46,353 nt of DNA, from NCBI RefSeq assembly GCF_004010195.1, contig NC_057719.1:2159267-2205619 (forward strand), in the 5' to 3' direction. Origin of the DNA: Chiloscyllium plagiosum. Lineage: Eukaryota. Positions 23,371 through 36,616 of this stretch are shown here, in pieces. The notes beneath the pieces were generated by a model. It saw only the letters and a program-made list of their open reading frames with translations. It was not told the origin of the DNA and made no database searches. The first letter of the stretch is position 1. Each line of letters begins with the position of its first letter. A program made the position numbers and the translations under genes.

Positions 23371-23654
23371 GAGTTTAATTTTCTGTGTGGGGAGTTGTAC
23401 CTGAGAGATTCTCGGCAGAGTTGGGTGGATGAGCCGCAGTGTGAGCACGTAGCCCAGGTGTTGCTGGGATTCTACCTCTCCTGGTTGACAACCTGACATT
23501 TCAGTTCCAAATTCAAATGATTTATTGTTACACCTTGTGTCTGACAGTAGTGTCTTTGCAGGAACACATTGATTGCATTTTTAAATGAATCGCTCGTTCT
23601 TCCATCACAGTCTTGGTCACTGTCTGGGTCAAAACTGTATTCAGCTGAGGTCAG

Positions 23655-24290
23655 TCAGTCGCACACTCACCTTTGAGTCAGAAACTCATAAGTTCAAGTC
23701 CCACACAAAGAGATGAGTCAATCCTGCAGGCTGATACTCGCGGGCAGTCCTGATGACTGTTACGAGGTAAAAACAATGACTGCAGATGCTGGAAACCAGA
23801 TTCTGGATTAGTGGTGCTGGAAGAGCACAGCAGTTCAGGCAGCATGATGAGTGTTGCACTGCTTGAGCCATCCTTCAGACATGAAACTGAAAAGGATTAG
23901 TGTTATTTAATCTTGGGACCAGCACAACTCCCAGTTTTCCTCTAGGAAGTGGAGGTGAGCTACCTCCTTGAACTACTGCAGTCTCCATGTGGTGTAGGTA
24001 GACCCACAGTGCTGTCAGGAGAGAGCCCAGGAATCTTTACTTTTGAATGTGATGGATCCAATGACATTCTTTCAAAGAGCAGGGAACTTCTGTCTGATGT
24101 CTTGGCCAATATTTATTACTCTCTAATAGCACATTTAAAAATGCTCTGGTCATTCTCTCCATGTTATTTTGCAATCATTCTGTGTGCAAATTGGTTTCTG
24201 TTCATTGCATTACTGCAGCGACTACACTCCGGAGATGAACATCAGTGGCTGTAGAGTACCTTTGGGTTTTCTAGGATTGTAACACGTAGA
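23655..24290 (+). mobile_element. Old Deu-domain SINE relic with nested insertions
   Basis: tRNA-like head (GTTCAAGTCCCAC), GGCTGATACTC..GCAGT core and TGTCTTGGCCAATATTTAT segment. Strongly decayed. Confidence 0.45.
23764..23844 (-). mobile_element. Truncated family A PLE-terminus element (no hammerhead)
   Basis: Matches 44461-44540. Flanked by TGATGA(C/G)TGTT(A/G)C at 23751-23763 and 23845-23857. Confidence 0.8.
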
Positions 24291-25496
24291 AGAGCGAGTT
24301 TCCTTCATTACAGCCACTTTATTCCGTTGCCACCCCCACAAAGAAATGAAAATTAATAAATGCCCAGGTCTGCCGTGAATGACACGGACTGGTTCCACCC
24401 ATCTTGAATGCCTCAAAATAGAGCTCATCTGTGTTCATTTCCAAGTTCTTTGTGTTTTTTTTAAAATGTGATTTGCGAGGGGAGGAGAGATACATCTTTC
24501 TGGGTATGTGACGCAGTTTGCTGAATTGTCCCCAGCCATGCAAGTCCTCCAGCCTGGGACATGATCCGCGTCATAATGATGCTGAACCATTGGAAGGTCT
24601 CCACCATGTCCAAGAACAAGGCTAAATAAAGTACAGACTATAATTATCGCTGTTAATACAACCTGTGTTTATACTCCCCATTTTCCATATGTTTCCTTTA
24701 CTCCTGTTGATGACTCCTTCCCATCTATTTTGAAGGATCTTGTGCCAAGTTTTGTTTTGTTTTTATGTTTATGTATACGTGTTGTTTAACAAAAGACTTG
24801 GTGTACAGGTCTGTCTCCTCCCCCGTCTCCCGGAAGCATTAGCCATTAATAATGGAGTTAGTTTTTCACTCACTCTCGCTATCAATCTCTATCAGTCAGG
24901 CTGCAGATGACCCAGACATAAGGCCAAGAATACTCTTGGGAGCAACAGCTCCATAATCACCTGTTTCTTCCAAAACATGCTCCACTCGCCACACGTCAGA
25001 TCTCCAATTACTCAAGTACTGTACGCTAAAGAATTGCTTTCTGAAAATCAACCCTATCACTATCTTCTCCATCAAAAGCCTTTTGGAAGTTGAAGTTTAT
25101 TATGTCATGGGGCTTTTCACAGTCCATATGGACTCACTCGCTTCCTCAAAACAAGTCTGGGTTTTGATAGACACTGTCTTCCCCTTTCTGAGTAACACAA
25201 ATTAATTACTGAATGTAATGGATCCAACTTTGCTGATGATGTAAGGCAGGGCAGGAGTGTAAGCTGTGAAGGAGATTCAGTCTCCAAGGGGATATAGTTT
25301 GGTTAGTGTGAGGTTATTCAGTCTAACTGGAAACATGGGGCAGCAGATTCTTCTGTAAATTAATTCTGGTGCTCAAGTGGGATTGGAGTGCCCTTGTACA
25401 TGAAACGTAGGAAATCAGCAGTGATACAGAAAGCAATTCATTGTCAAACGCCACAGTGGCCTTTATTGCAAGACAGTTGTTGTGGAAAAATGAATA

Positions 25497-25832
25497 AGGG
25501 CAGCACAGTGGCCCAGTGGTTAGCACTGCTGCCTCTCAGCACCAAGGACCTGGGTTCAATTCCAGCCTCGTATGATTCTCCCCGTGTCTGCATGGGTTTC
25601 CTCCTGGTGCTCCTGTTTCTTCCCATGATCCAAAGATGTGCAGGTTAGGGTGGATTGGCCATGGGAGATTGCCCATAATGTTCAGGGATGTGCAGGTTAG
25701 GTGGGTTAGCCATGGGAAATGCACGGTTATAGGGTAAGGGTAGGGGGTTGTGTCTGGTTGGGATGCTCTTTGGAGGATTGGTGTGGACTTGGAGGGCCGA
25801 ATGGCCAGCTTCCACATTGTAGGAGGTTCTAT
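25497..25832 (+). mobile_element. V-SINE (HE1-like, older subfamily)
   Basis: Head, degenerate V-domain, duplicated GATGTGCAGGTTAGG segment and tail. Confidence 0.85.
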
Positions 25833-25954
25833 GATGAAGTCTGCCTTAGTACAGCATTGGGGAATCTGAGCCTGGATTGTAGGCCTCCAAAATCTGGAAT
25901 GACACTCAGCAGGTTACTTAAATCCTAACCCTGAAGACCACTAAGGACTGTTAT

Positions 25955-28876
25955 AGCTCTTTGGGAGGGTTTAAACTAATTCAGCAGGGGACAAATTTGT
26001 AGTTTGAGTATGCAGGAGGTTGAGAATAGTGAGGTCAGAACTAAGGTTTCAAGGTTGCAAGGTTTCAAGGTGCACCGGCAAGCAGGAAGGTGGTTTGAAG
26101 TGTGTCTACTTCAACGCCAGGAGCATCTGGAATAAGGTGGGTGAACTTGCAGCATGGATTGGTACCTGGGATTTCGATGTTGTGGCCATTTCGGAGACCT
26201 GGATAGAGCAGGGACAGGAATGGTTGTTGCAGGTTTCGGGAGTGAGATGTTTCAGTAAGAAGAGAGAAGATGGTAAAAGAGGAGGAGGTGAAGCATTGTT
26301 CGTCAAGGACAGTATTATGATGGCAGAAAGGATGTTTGAGGACTCGTCTACTGAGGTAGTATGGGCTGAGGTTAGAAACAGGAAAGGAGGTCACCCTGTG
26401 GGGAGTTTTCTATAGGCCTCCAAATAGTTCCTGAGGTGGAGAGGAAAGGATCACAAAGATGATTCTCGATAGGAGCGAGAGTAACAAGGTAGTTGTTATG
26501 GGGGACTTTAACTTCCCAAATATTGACTGGAAATACTATAGTTCGTGTACTTTGTCCTGTGTGTGCTGGAGGGTTTCCTGACACTGTACTTAGACAGGCC
26601 AACAAGAGGCGAGGCCACATTGGATTTGGTACTGGGTAATGAACCTGGCCAGGTGTTAGATTTGGAGGTAGGTGAGCACGTTGGTGACAGTGACCACAGT
26701 TTAGTTATGTTACTTTAGTGATGGAAAGGCATAGGCAAATACCGCAGGGCAAGAGTTACAGCTGGGGGAAAGGCAATTATGATGCGACTAGGCCAGATTT
26801 AGGATGCATAGGATTTTGAAGGAAACTGCAGAGGATGAGCACAATTGAAATGTCGAGTTTATTCAAGATACTGCGTGTCCTTGATAAGTATGTACTGGTC
26901 AGGCAGGGAGGAAGTTGTTAAATGAGGGAGCCTTGGTTTACTAAGGAAGCTGAATCTCTTGTCAAGAGGAAGGAGAAGGCTTATGTTAGGATGAGATGTG
27001 AAGGCGCTTGAGAGTTACAAGTTAGTCAGGAAAGACCTAAAGAGAGAGCTAAGAAGAGCCAGGAAGGGACATGAGAAGCCGTTGGCAGATAGGATCAAGG
27101 AAAACCCTAAGGCTTTCTATAGGCAATAAAAGAATGACTAGAATAAAATTACAGCCAGTCAAGGATAGTAGTGGGAAGTTGTGTGTGAAGTCCGAGGAGA
27201 TGGGGAAGCGCTAAATGAATATTTTTCGTCAGTATTCACACTAGAGAAAGACAGTGTTGCCGAGGACAATACTGAGATACAGGCTACTAGACTAGACAGG
27301 ATTGAGGTTCACGAGGAGGTGTTAGCAATTCTGGAAAGTGTAAAAATAGATAAGTCCCCTGGGCCAGATGGGATTTATCCTAGGACTCTCTGGGAAGCCA
27401 GGGAGAAGATTGCAGAGCCTTTGGCTTTGATCTTTATGTCGTCATTGTCTACAGGAATAGTGCCAGAAGACTGGAGGATAGCAAATGTTGTTGCCTTGTT
27501 CAAGAAGGGAATTAGAGACAACCCTGGTAATTATAGACCAGTGAGCCTTACTTCAGTTGTGGGTAAAGTGTTGGAAAAGGTTATAAGAGATAGGATTTAT
27601 AATCCTCTAGAAAGGAATAAGTTGATTAGGGATAGTCAACATGGTTTTGTGAAGGGCAAGTCGTGCCTCACAAACCTTATTGAGTTCTTTGAGATGGTGA
27701 CCAAACAGGTGGATGAGGGTAAAGCGATTGATGGGGTGTATATGGATTTCAGTAAGGGGTTTGACAAGGTTCCCCATGGTAGGCTCTTGCACAAAATACG
27801 GAGGCGTGGGATTGAAGGTGATTTAGTGGTTTGGATCAGAAATTGGCTAGCTGAAAGAAGGTGGTGGTTGATGGGAAATATTCATCCTGGAGTTCAATTA
27901 CTCATGATGGCGTACTGCAAGGATCTGTTTTGGGTCCACTGCTGTTTGTCATTTTTTATAAATGACCTAGATGATGGTGTAGAAGGATGGGTTAGTAAAT
28001 TTGCGGATGACACTATGTTGGTCATTGTGGATAGTGCTGGGGAATGTTGCAGGTTAGAGGGACATAGATAAGCAGCAGAGCTGGGATGACAGGTGGCAAA
28101 TGGAGTTTAATTTGGAAAAGTGTGAGGTGATTCACTTTGGAAGGAGTAACAGAAATGCAGACTACTGGACTAATGGTAAGATTCTTGGTAGTGTAGATGA
28201 GCAGAGAGATAGCTGTGTTCTTGTACATAGATCCCTGAAAGTTGCCAGCCAGGTTGATAGGGCTGTTAAGAAGGCGTATGGTGTGTTAGCCTTTATTGGC
28301 AGAGGGATTGAGTTTTGGAACCATGAGGTCATGCTGCAGCTGTACAAAACTCTGGTGTGGCCGCACTTGGAGGATTGTGTACAGTTCTGGTCACCGCATT
28401 ATAAGAAGGATGTGGAAGCTTTGGAAAGGATGCAGAGGAGATTTACCAGGATGTTGCCTGGTATGGAGGGAAGGTCTTACGAGGAAAGGCTGAGGGACTT
28501 GAGGCTGTTTTTGTTAGAGAGAAGGTTGCGAGGTGACTTAATTGGGATATATAAGATAATCAGAGGGTTAGTTAGGGCCTTTTTCCTCAGATGTGATGGC
28601 TAGCATGAGGGGGCATAGCTTCAGATTGAGGGGTGATAGAAATAGGACAGATGTCAGAGGTAGTTTCTTTACTCAGAGAGTGGTAGGGACATGGAATGCA
28701 CTGCTCACAACAGTAGTAGACTCGCCAACTTTAACAGTATTTCGGTGGTCATTGGATAGACATATGGACAAAAATGAAATTGTGTAGGTTAGATGGGCTT
28801 CAGATTGGTTTCACAGGTCGGCACAACATCGAGGGCCGAAGGGCCTGTACTGAGCTGTAATGTTCTATGTTCTATA
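25955..28876 (+). mobile_element. Near-complete CR1 ORF2 (APE endonuclease plus RT) with 3' tail; pseudogenised
   Basis: APE motifs LKCVYFNARSI..K, VAISETW, VVMGDFN and GDSDH; RT motifs KSPGPDGI, NYRPVSLTSVVGK, QHGFVKGKSCLTNL, YMDFSKGFDKVPH, SKFADDT and PHLEDCVQFWSP. Split over several frames; (TGTTCTA)n tail. Confidence 0.95.
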
Positions 28877-29227
28877 ACTTAATCCCCGAAGTCCAGAATC
28901 ACCTATGTTATACTCTGTCTGAGGCCAACCTTCTGAGAAAAGAAATTCCTCCTCATCTCAGCCTTAAATTGGTGCCCCTTTCTTCTAAGACTATATCCTC
29001 TGGTCCTGAACTCTCCTATGAGGGGAAACATCCTCTCAGCATGTCAAGCCTGTTAAAAATCCTCTATGTTTAAAAAAGATCACATCTCATTCATATGCAG
29101 GATCCCCTGTTCTCTGCAAATATGTTCAAGCCTTTTTGGAATAACATAGAAGCTTGGGAAGCCTGTGGTTCTCCATTGCTTTCACAATGGCAAAGTCTTG
29201 GCTGTCATTGACATACCAACCAATCAG

Positions 29228-29317
29228 GAGGAGGTGAGGACTGCAGATGCTGGAGGTCAGAGTTGAAAAATGCATCGCTGGAAAAGCACAGCAGGTCAGC
29301 CACCAAGGAGCCAACCG
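29228..29317 (-). mobile_element. Truncated family A PLE-terminus element (no hammerhead)
   Basis: GTGAGGACTGCAGATGCTGG end; 14-bp TSD TACCAACCAATCAG at 29214-29227 and 29318-29331. Confidence 0.85.
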
Positions 29318-30429
29318 TACCAACCAATCAGCACCTTTTTCCTCCCATGGTTTCAATTGTGAAAGTTTGAAATTTGGCATTCTTGTGTTTGTCCTGATGA
29401 GTACAGGACCAAAAGCCTCCGGAATGTTACTCTTCAGCAACAATCACAGTATATTTCTTGAGTTTTATCAGCCAGAGTTTAAAGAGATGATCCTGATGCA
29501 TTCATCAGGAAAAATACTTGCGCACACCAAAAATTCTAAAGTGGAATTACTTAGCAGAGATGTTCAAAATGTTCAAAATCTCCAAGCTCAGTTATTCACC
29601 TATATTTGTTCTTTCACATGCTATTTGGTGGGTTTCCAGCGATGTCTGCCCTTATTTGTTTCATAAGATGTTGAACTTTTTCACTCTTGAATGCTGTGAA
29701 TTAATTTGTATTCAAGTGTTTTCTTTAAGAATTCTTGCTGCTTTCCTGTTTTGCGTCGAATCTCTCTTCCTTCCTGGTGTGTGGGCACTTTTCATTTTTC
29801 TCTCTCGTTTTCCAGCAGTTATTTTTAGTCGATCATGGTCCTGGAATTTAATGCTATTGTTCTCTTCTTGCACAACCCCATCCTGTTCAATATTGTTATA
29901 AACAGTTAAAAGCTTTTCTTTTCCATTTAGCTGCTACATATTTTGAAAAAATCTTTAATTTTGTTTGTGTCTCTTCTCACTCTGAGGCTGGCAGCTGGTG
30001 AAATGTTTTTATTTTATTCACATTCCTTTTTAAGGCAGGAAACAACTAAAAAACACATGCAGACCGAGGAAGGAACAGGACGTGATTCAGATCTAACTCT
30101 TTGAACTCTGGTTGCAGGAGACAAAACTGGCCGGGTGAGGGGAAAGGATAGCTGGAGTTAGGTTTGGGAGGGTTTATCTGGTGCTCCATCTGTGGTTCAG
30201 TGAGTAACACACTCTAACCTCTAGTCGGAAGGTTGTGGGTCCCCTTTCCAGAGACTGGGTTCAGTAATCCAGACTGTCGTTTTCAGCACATTTCTGTTTG
30301 GGTGAGAAGTTAGGTGATGGTTCCCTGGTGTCTTGCTCAATATTTATCGGCCAGCTAACATCCTATAAAATGAGCAACTTACTGGCCATTGTCCCAAGTC
30401 TGTCCTCCTTGTTTGCAATTCACTTTCCC

Positions 30430-30785
30430 AGAATCAGAGTCATAGAGTAACACAGAATGGAACCAGGACCAAGCTGGTCCATGCTTACCATGATGCCCAC
30501 TCAACTAGTTCCAATTGCCTGCATTTGGTCCATATCCCTGTAAACCCTTCTCATCCATGTACCTCTCCAAATGTTTTTTTTCAAATGTCGCTATTGTGAT
30601 GTCTCCACCTCCTGATGCTGCCTGGTGTGCTGTGTTCCTCCAGCCTCCTGCCTGTCAACTCAACCACTTTCTCTGGCAGCCCGTTCCATATACGCACCAC
30701 TCTCTGCATGAAGAGGTTGCCACTCAGGTCTTCCTTAAATCTTTTCCCTCTCACCTTAAACCTGTGCGCACAGTTTTCAGTTCCC
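30430..30785 (-). mobile_element. CR1 3' end with a small PLE-terminus insert (about 30600-30657)
   Basis: Similar to 17670-17940. The insert matches 45482-45532. Confidence 0.75.
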
Positions 30786-31292
30786 CAGAGGAGGTAGAGC
30801 CATTATTCACAGCTGGGTTCAGCAGATATTTGGGTGATGAGGGACTGCCAAGAAAGTGGGGTTGTTGAGGCCACGTTTGACTCGCCATGGCCAGAGAGTT
30901 ACCCCTGCTTCTGTTACGATTGAAAGTGAATCTAGTTCATTGTAGTTTCTCAATGTCCAAACTCATGTGTGAGTACATTGTTGGCGAGCTAGAGACTGCC
31001 ATGTGTCTCTCAAGACTTCACTGAGCTCCCTCTGTATGTCTGACCTCTGATGTCCTGTGAATTTTGGTGTTTTGGTTGTAGTCATTTTCCTGTCTCGATA
31101 TTAACCATGGGAAGGATCGCACCATGATGTTCAGTGCCTTCAGTACTGTTGCTGTTCCTTGGTGTCACCTTTATATGGACAGCACCTTTGCACCCCATTC
31201 CTTTGCCAGTCAGCCTGCCTGCATTGAGCCTATAGTGGAAGCTGTAGCTGTGTTGTTCTGACAGGCTTCGAACTGAGTGTCACCTGAACAGA

Positions 31293-31390
31293 ATCTGGAT
31301 TAGAGTGGTGCTGGAAAAGCACAGCAGACCAGGCAGCATCCGAGGAACAGGAAAATTGACGTTTCAGGCAGTAGCCCTTCATCAGGAATC
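31293..31390 (-). mobile_element. Family A PLE-terminus element with intact hammerhead core
   Basis: 15-bp TSD TGTCACCTGAACAGA at 31278-31292 and 31391-31405. Minus strand CTGATGA-AGGGCTACTGCCT-GAAA-CGTC. Confidence 0.88.
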
Positions 31391-31657
31391 TGTCACCTGA
31401 ACAGACTGAGAGTGTGTAGGTCTCATTATCAATAATCCTTTGAAATCTTGACTGATTGAGAGGGTTCTCCTATTGACCGCATTACATTTGATTCTGTCTT
31501 TGTGAATCAGATTTTTTTTTTGAAATTATTGGTTTGTTGCAAATGTCCGAGCATGATGAGAGCAGCAGCTAGTTTTACACCAGTCTGGAGTATAACTACT
31601 ACATTGCCAGCACCACAACCTTTATGTTTATCAGCTCTTAATACAAGGAATTAAACG

Positions 31658-31941
31658 GGGCAATATGGTGGCTCAGTGGTTAGCACTGCTGCCTCACGGC
31701 ACCAGGGACCCGGGTTCAACTGACTGTGTGGAGTTTGCACATTCTCCCCGTGTCTGCGTGGGTTTCCTCCGGGTGCACCGGTTTCCTCCCACAGTCCAAA
31801 GATGTGCAGGTCAGGTGGACTGGTCGTGCTAAATTGTTCGTAGTGCTAAGTGTATATGTAGGGTTACTCTTCGGAGGGTCAATGTGGACTTGTTGGGCCG
31901 AAGAGCCTGTTTCCACACTGTAGGGAATCTAATTTAATCTA
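31658..31941 (+). mobile_element. V-SINE (HE1-like)
   Basis: Head, V-domain and tail ending in AATCT repeats. Confidence 0.9.
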
Positions 31942-31950
31942 AACCTGACA

Positions 31951-32263
31951 AGGGTGGCACGGTGGCTCAGTGGTTAGCACTGCAGCCTCACAGCACCAGA
32001 GACCCAGGTTCGATTCCATCCTCGGGCGACTGTGTGGAGTTTGCACATTCTCCCTGTGTCTGCGTGGGTTTCCTCCAGGTGCACCGGTTTCCTCCCACAG
32101 TCCAAAGATGTGCGGGTCAGGTGGACTGGCCATGCTAAATTGCCCATAGGTGCTTTGGTCAGGGGTAAATATAGGGTAGGGGAATGGGTCTGGTGGGTTA
32201 CTCTTTGGAGGGGCGGTGTGGAATTGTTGGGCCAATGGCCTGTTTCCACAGTGTAGTTAATCT
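31951..32263 (+). mobile_element. V-SINE (HE1-like), in tandem with the previous copy
   Basis: Full length; AACCTGACA at 31942-31950 and 32264-32272. Confidence 0.9.
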
Positions 32264-32733
32264 AACCTGACACTGCTATTCATGATACTGGGATTACTGT
32301 AAGAGGATGATTTGACTGGGATTGATGGATGATGTGGGAGCAGCACATAACTATCCACCAGTGTGGAAAGAGAACACCCATGTCATCAGGCTGAGCTCAA
32401 TGGCCTGTTCCTCAGATTGTCGGCTGCTGGGTAGGAATCAGTGACTGTGCTGTCTGTGAGACAACTTGAGCAAAGCAGGAAGATCCAGATATTGAACTTG
32501 GAGGACTGAAATTCCATCAGTGTTGGGATTACTTCTGTTCAGCTGCAGGGCTTCAGTTTAACATCATGTGCAGATGCTGGTCATCGTTTCAGTTCAGTTA
32601 ACCAGCATGCTGCTTGTTAGCCCTTAGCCATCAGTGTTTCTTAGCCAATACCATATTGAGGCAAACATTAAAGAGCCATCCTAAATTGGGATGTCACTCA
32701 GAAGATCGATGTCAGGGAAGCTGTGAGAGTAAA

Positions 32734-32940
32734 CTCCCACAGTCCAAAGATGTGCAGGTTAGGTGAATTGGTCATGCTGCATTATCTGTAGTTTCTAGGG
32801 ATGCATAGGCTTAGAGGATTAACTGTGGGAATTGGAGATGAAGTGGGTTCTGGGTGGGATATTATCTGGAATGTCATTGTGGACTCAATGGGCTGAATGG
32901 CCTGTTTCCACACTGGAGGGATTCTGTGATTCTCTATTCT
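32734..32940 (+). mobile_element. 5'-truncated V-SINE
   Basis: Starts at CTCCCACAGTCCAAAGATGTGCAGG and ends in a GGCCTGTTTCCACACTG tail. Confidence 0.8.
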
Positions 32941-34967
32941 AACCTGACCATGGAGGGAAACCATTTCTGGCAATGCTGCATCGTCTTGGTATATTTCTAA
33001 AGCAGAAGAATTCTGGAAATATCCTTTGCTTTCCATGGTGTTTGAGCGGAAAACAAGTTGGAATGTAACTCAACATGTCGACATTCACACCGCTGACTTC
33101 CGGGTGGCCCTAGCCAGCTGGATATTTAAATAAAAACATGAATGACCTGTGAATCACTGGTCGGTTTGGGGTTAGCATTTGGTGTGGAGAGACTGACAAA
33201 AGAGGAGAATTCCACTTCAGAAAGAGAAAGTGCTTTTGTTATCTGGGTAAGAATGGGGGAGGGTGGAAGAATGAATGTGAAAAGGTTCTGGTATGTGGTG
33301 GCTTGAATGTATAAAGACTTTGATCACCTGATACCATGGCTTCTTGACATTGAACTGGTTCCAGCTTTAGTTTTCCAGAGAGATGTGATGAGTGCAAACA
33401 GGAAGGTCTGTAACAATATACCGAGTCATTAAATATTGAAGAATGAATGAAAAACGTCACAGGCTCCACACACCGGCTCAATTAGCCAAATGGAGTGTAG
33501 CACGATGCTGCAGGAAAATGTGCCAATGTTTTCTATGCCTTCTTCAGCTCACTGGGGTAAATGAACTCTTTCCATTTGGTTGCATTTCCTTGCATGAGTA
33601 CCTTTGTTGCAACCACTTGATGTTCACATCCTAACTGCTGAAGATAGCTTTTCCCCTGCTCCTGTGCTTTTCAAACACAGTTTGGTTTCATTATCTAGTC
33701 TGTTTAGAATCCTAAAAGAAACCCAGGAATATGGACAGCAATGAGCCGTTTCACTTAAACCAGAGGACCCAACCTGTGCTTAAATGAAATTAAATTCACA
33801 ACTGTTTGCAAAGTGTATTTCAATGAGAAAGAGTTCCATCTATGGGACAGGCAAAGCTGATGGTAATGATTCATATAGAAGCAAATTAGATTTCTTTCAG
33901 GGAATCGATTTGGATATGATATCAATAATTTGAGACTTAACATGTGGTAACAGACTCTGGGAGAGCAAGTGCTTTTTGAATAAACCAGGAAGTGCTGCAG
34001 GAGTTCAGCTGGTCTGGCAGCATCTGTAAAGAGAGAATGAGAGGTGACTTTGAACCTTTGGTTTCCAAAGCACAGCTCCACTGGGGACTGACTTGCCTCA
34101 CACCTGGGTCTGTTACAGACTCGCCAAAGATTGATCATCGTGGTTAGTTTAAAATGCTGCTGTCGTGTCATGTAATGCCAGAATGGTAGATGGCAAAGTT
34201 TGATCTTTTTTTATAAACAAATTTACAAATGATTGTTGGGATATTTGATCTTTCAAGCCCACTCCACTGTTCACTAAGATTGTGATTTGATTGTGGTTTC
34301 AACCCCATTTTCTTAGCGATTGATTCATTCTCTTTTCATTCGCCTGTTAATCATGAAACTATCTCCCTCTGCCTTAAAAATATTTGCACCATGTTCTGGG
34401 GATTCGTGAGACTCGTGACCATCATTTAAAAAAACCAGTCCTACAGCAGTCTGCCCACCTGCTTTAACCAGCACTTCAGGTCTCCTTGTCGTCTCAAGGT
34501 TCCTCCATCCAATCTGATTCAACCAAAAGAAAGATTTGCATTTCTCTCACACCTTTCACAAATTCTGAATGTCCCCATGTTGTTGTTGTTGTTGTAGTGG
34601 AGGGAATCATCTATTTCTTATTCGTCAATCTGGAAACGATGGAGTCCGTTACCTCGTGAACTTTGTTTTCAAATACTGTTCCTTTTAATATGATTTTCAA
34701 AAGGTTATTTTTAGCAGAAGAAGTATCAATTTTGCATCTTCATAGGGAATTGAGAGGAGCTGTTTGTCCAGTTAATTTTCCAAGTTTTCTCCCTTTCTCT
34801 CCCCCTGTTGTTGCTGTTCAGGTTGACTCTGTACCGAATTGATTGATCTTTTGTTGTCAGATGTACTGAGATACAGTGAGAAGTGTTGTTTTGCATGCTA
34901 TACGGGCAGGTCACTCCCAATCCTTCTGGGGTCAGCCAATTGAATCCTTCAGTCTCTGTTGAATTAG

Positions 34968-35148
34968 CGTCTAGATTAGAGTGATTTATCTCTCCACGCT
35001 TCAGGCACTCTGCCTCTATTCCTGATGAAGGGCTTTTGCCCGAAACGTCGATTTTCCTGCTCCTCGGATGCTGCCTGACCTGCTGTGCTTTTCCAGCACC
35101 ATTCTAATGTAGAATCTGGTCTCCAGCATCTGCAGTCATTGTTTTTAC
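34968..35148 (+). mobile_element. Family A PLE-terminus element, sense orientation
   Basis: 14-bp TSD CTCTGTTGAATTAG at 34954-34967 and 35149-35162. A very short inverted 5' piece (CTAGATTAGAGTG) precedes the main arm. Confidence 0.9.
35018..35053 (+). ncRNA. Minimal type I hammerhead ribozyme motif, fully intact core, sense to Jagged
   Basis: CTGATGA (35022-35028), A, stem II GGGC-TTTT-GCCC, GAAA (35042-35045), CGTC. ACGT palindrome is retained and the predicted cut is after C35049. Stem I is weak (TC/GA). Confidence 0.72.
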
Positions 35149-35268
35149 CTCTGTTGAATTAGGGTCAAGTTTCTGTTAAAGTCGATGCAAGGGCTGTGGG
35201 AGTCACTAACAAGAGCAGTATTTATTGTCCATCCTAGCTCCAACCTGGTGGGTGGGAATTTACTTATC

Positions 35269-35390
35269 TGTGGGCAGAAGTGAGGACTGCAGATGCTGGA
35301 AACCAGAGTTTAGAAAAGAGTGGTGCTGGAAAAGCACAGCAGGTCAGGCAGCATCCGAGGAGCAGGAAAATTGACGTTTCGGGCAAAAGC
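35269..35390 (-). mobile_element. Family A PLE-terminus element truncated inside hammerhead stem II
   Basis: 11-bp TSD ATTTACTTATC at 35258-35268 and 35391-35401. Confidence 0.88.
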
Positions 35391-35769
35391 ATTTACTTAT
35401 CCACGCTACTTAACTCTGCGATCTGCCTGTATTGCTCGCAAGATAAAGCTTTTCACTGAGCCTCGGTACACGGGACAATACATTCAATTCAATTCAATTC
35501 AGCAGCTACAGGAACATCTACACTGCTGGGTTATGAAAGCTTCGTGTTTAGTCATTGCTGGAGTCTTGAGTTTGAAGGAATGTGGATACCTGATTGTTTT
35601 TAAAGAGATAAATGAAGGGACATTATTTTTCATGAGTCATTTCTTGGTAGTCACATGTCTTCTGATACCTGCTTGTATACTAGTGACCTCTTGCCTGGGT
35701 TTATCCTGGTTGGATTGCAGGGTTTGCTTTGACTGTTATTTGGATCGATCGGGAAGAGGCCTCTTGAAA

Positions 35770-36548
35770 GAATTGATTGATTGTTGTCACATGAATAAGA
35801 TACAGTGAAAAGTGCTGTTTTGCGTGCTATACAGGCAGATCGTACCATACAGATTGTATCAGGGTAGTAGAACAGAGTGCAGAATACAGTGTTACAGCTG
35901 CAGAGAAAGTGCAGAGAGAGATCAGGATCAACGTTTGAGGGATCCGTCCAAAGGTCTGAAAGCAGTGGGGAAGAAGCTGTTCTTGAATCTATTCAGACGT
36001 ATATTCAAACGTTTACATCTTCTGCCTGACGGAACAGGTTGGAAGAGAGTATAATCGGGGTGGGAGGGCTCTTTGATGATGGTGGTTGCTTTCCCGAGGC
36101 AGTGGGAAGTGTAGGTGGAGTCGATGGATGGAAGGCTGGCTTGTGTGATGGACTGGGCTGGGTTCATGACTCTAGTTTCTTGCGGTCTTGGGAAGGGCAG
36201 TTGCCATGTCTTACTGTGATGTATCCAAGTAGATGCACCACAGAAAGGTTGGTGAGAGTCCTTAGGTACATGCCAAATTTCCTTAGCCTCCTGGGGATGT
36301 GGAGGCATCGGTGTACTTTTTTGACCATCGCATGGGTGGTCCAGGGCAGATTGTTGGTGACCGTCACTCCCAAGAACTTGATATGTCTCCACCTCAGCTT
36401 CATTGATACGGACGGCCGTGGCCTCTACTCTGCTTCCTGAAGTCGAAAACCACTTCCTTTGTTTACTTGGCATTGATGGAGAGATGGTTGTCTTGACACC
36501 ATGCCGCTAAGCACTCTACCTGTATCCTATATTCTGTCTCGTTGTTTG
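35770..36548 (-). mobile_element. Rex1/Babar-like LINE 3' portion
   Basis: Peptides KFLGVTVTNNLPWTTH..VKKVHRCLHI.RRLRKFGM and IIKEPSHP..TLFQPVPSGRR...RFKNSFFP. A related tail piece lies on the + strand at about 35405-35500, ending in (CAATT)n. Confidence 0.75.
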
Positions 36549-36616
36549 AGCCAAGGCCTGTAACAGAAGGAGGTTTTTCTAGCTTGGCTCCCCTGTTCTG
36601 GTGATGAGCCCCTGAG

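Noticed and set aside
27181..28603. Longest ORFs (296 aa and 167 aa) as a host gene or novel RT system
   Set aside because: They are frameshifted pieces of ordinary CR1 ORF2 with a LINE 3' tail.
29247..29901. Hydrophobic 139-aa and 127-aa ORFs as membrane proteins
   Set aside because: T-rich intronic composition; the first begins inside a repeat; no splice or homology support.
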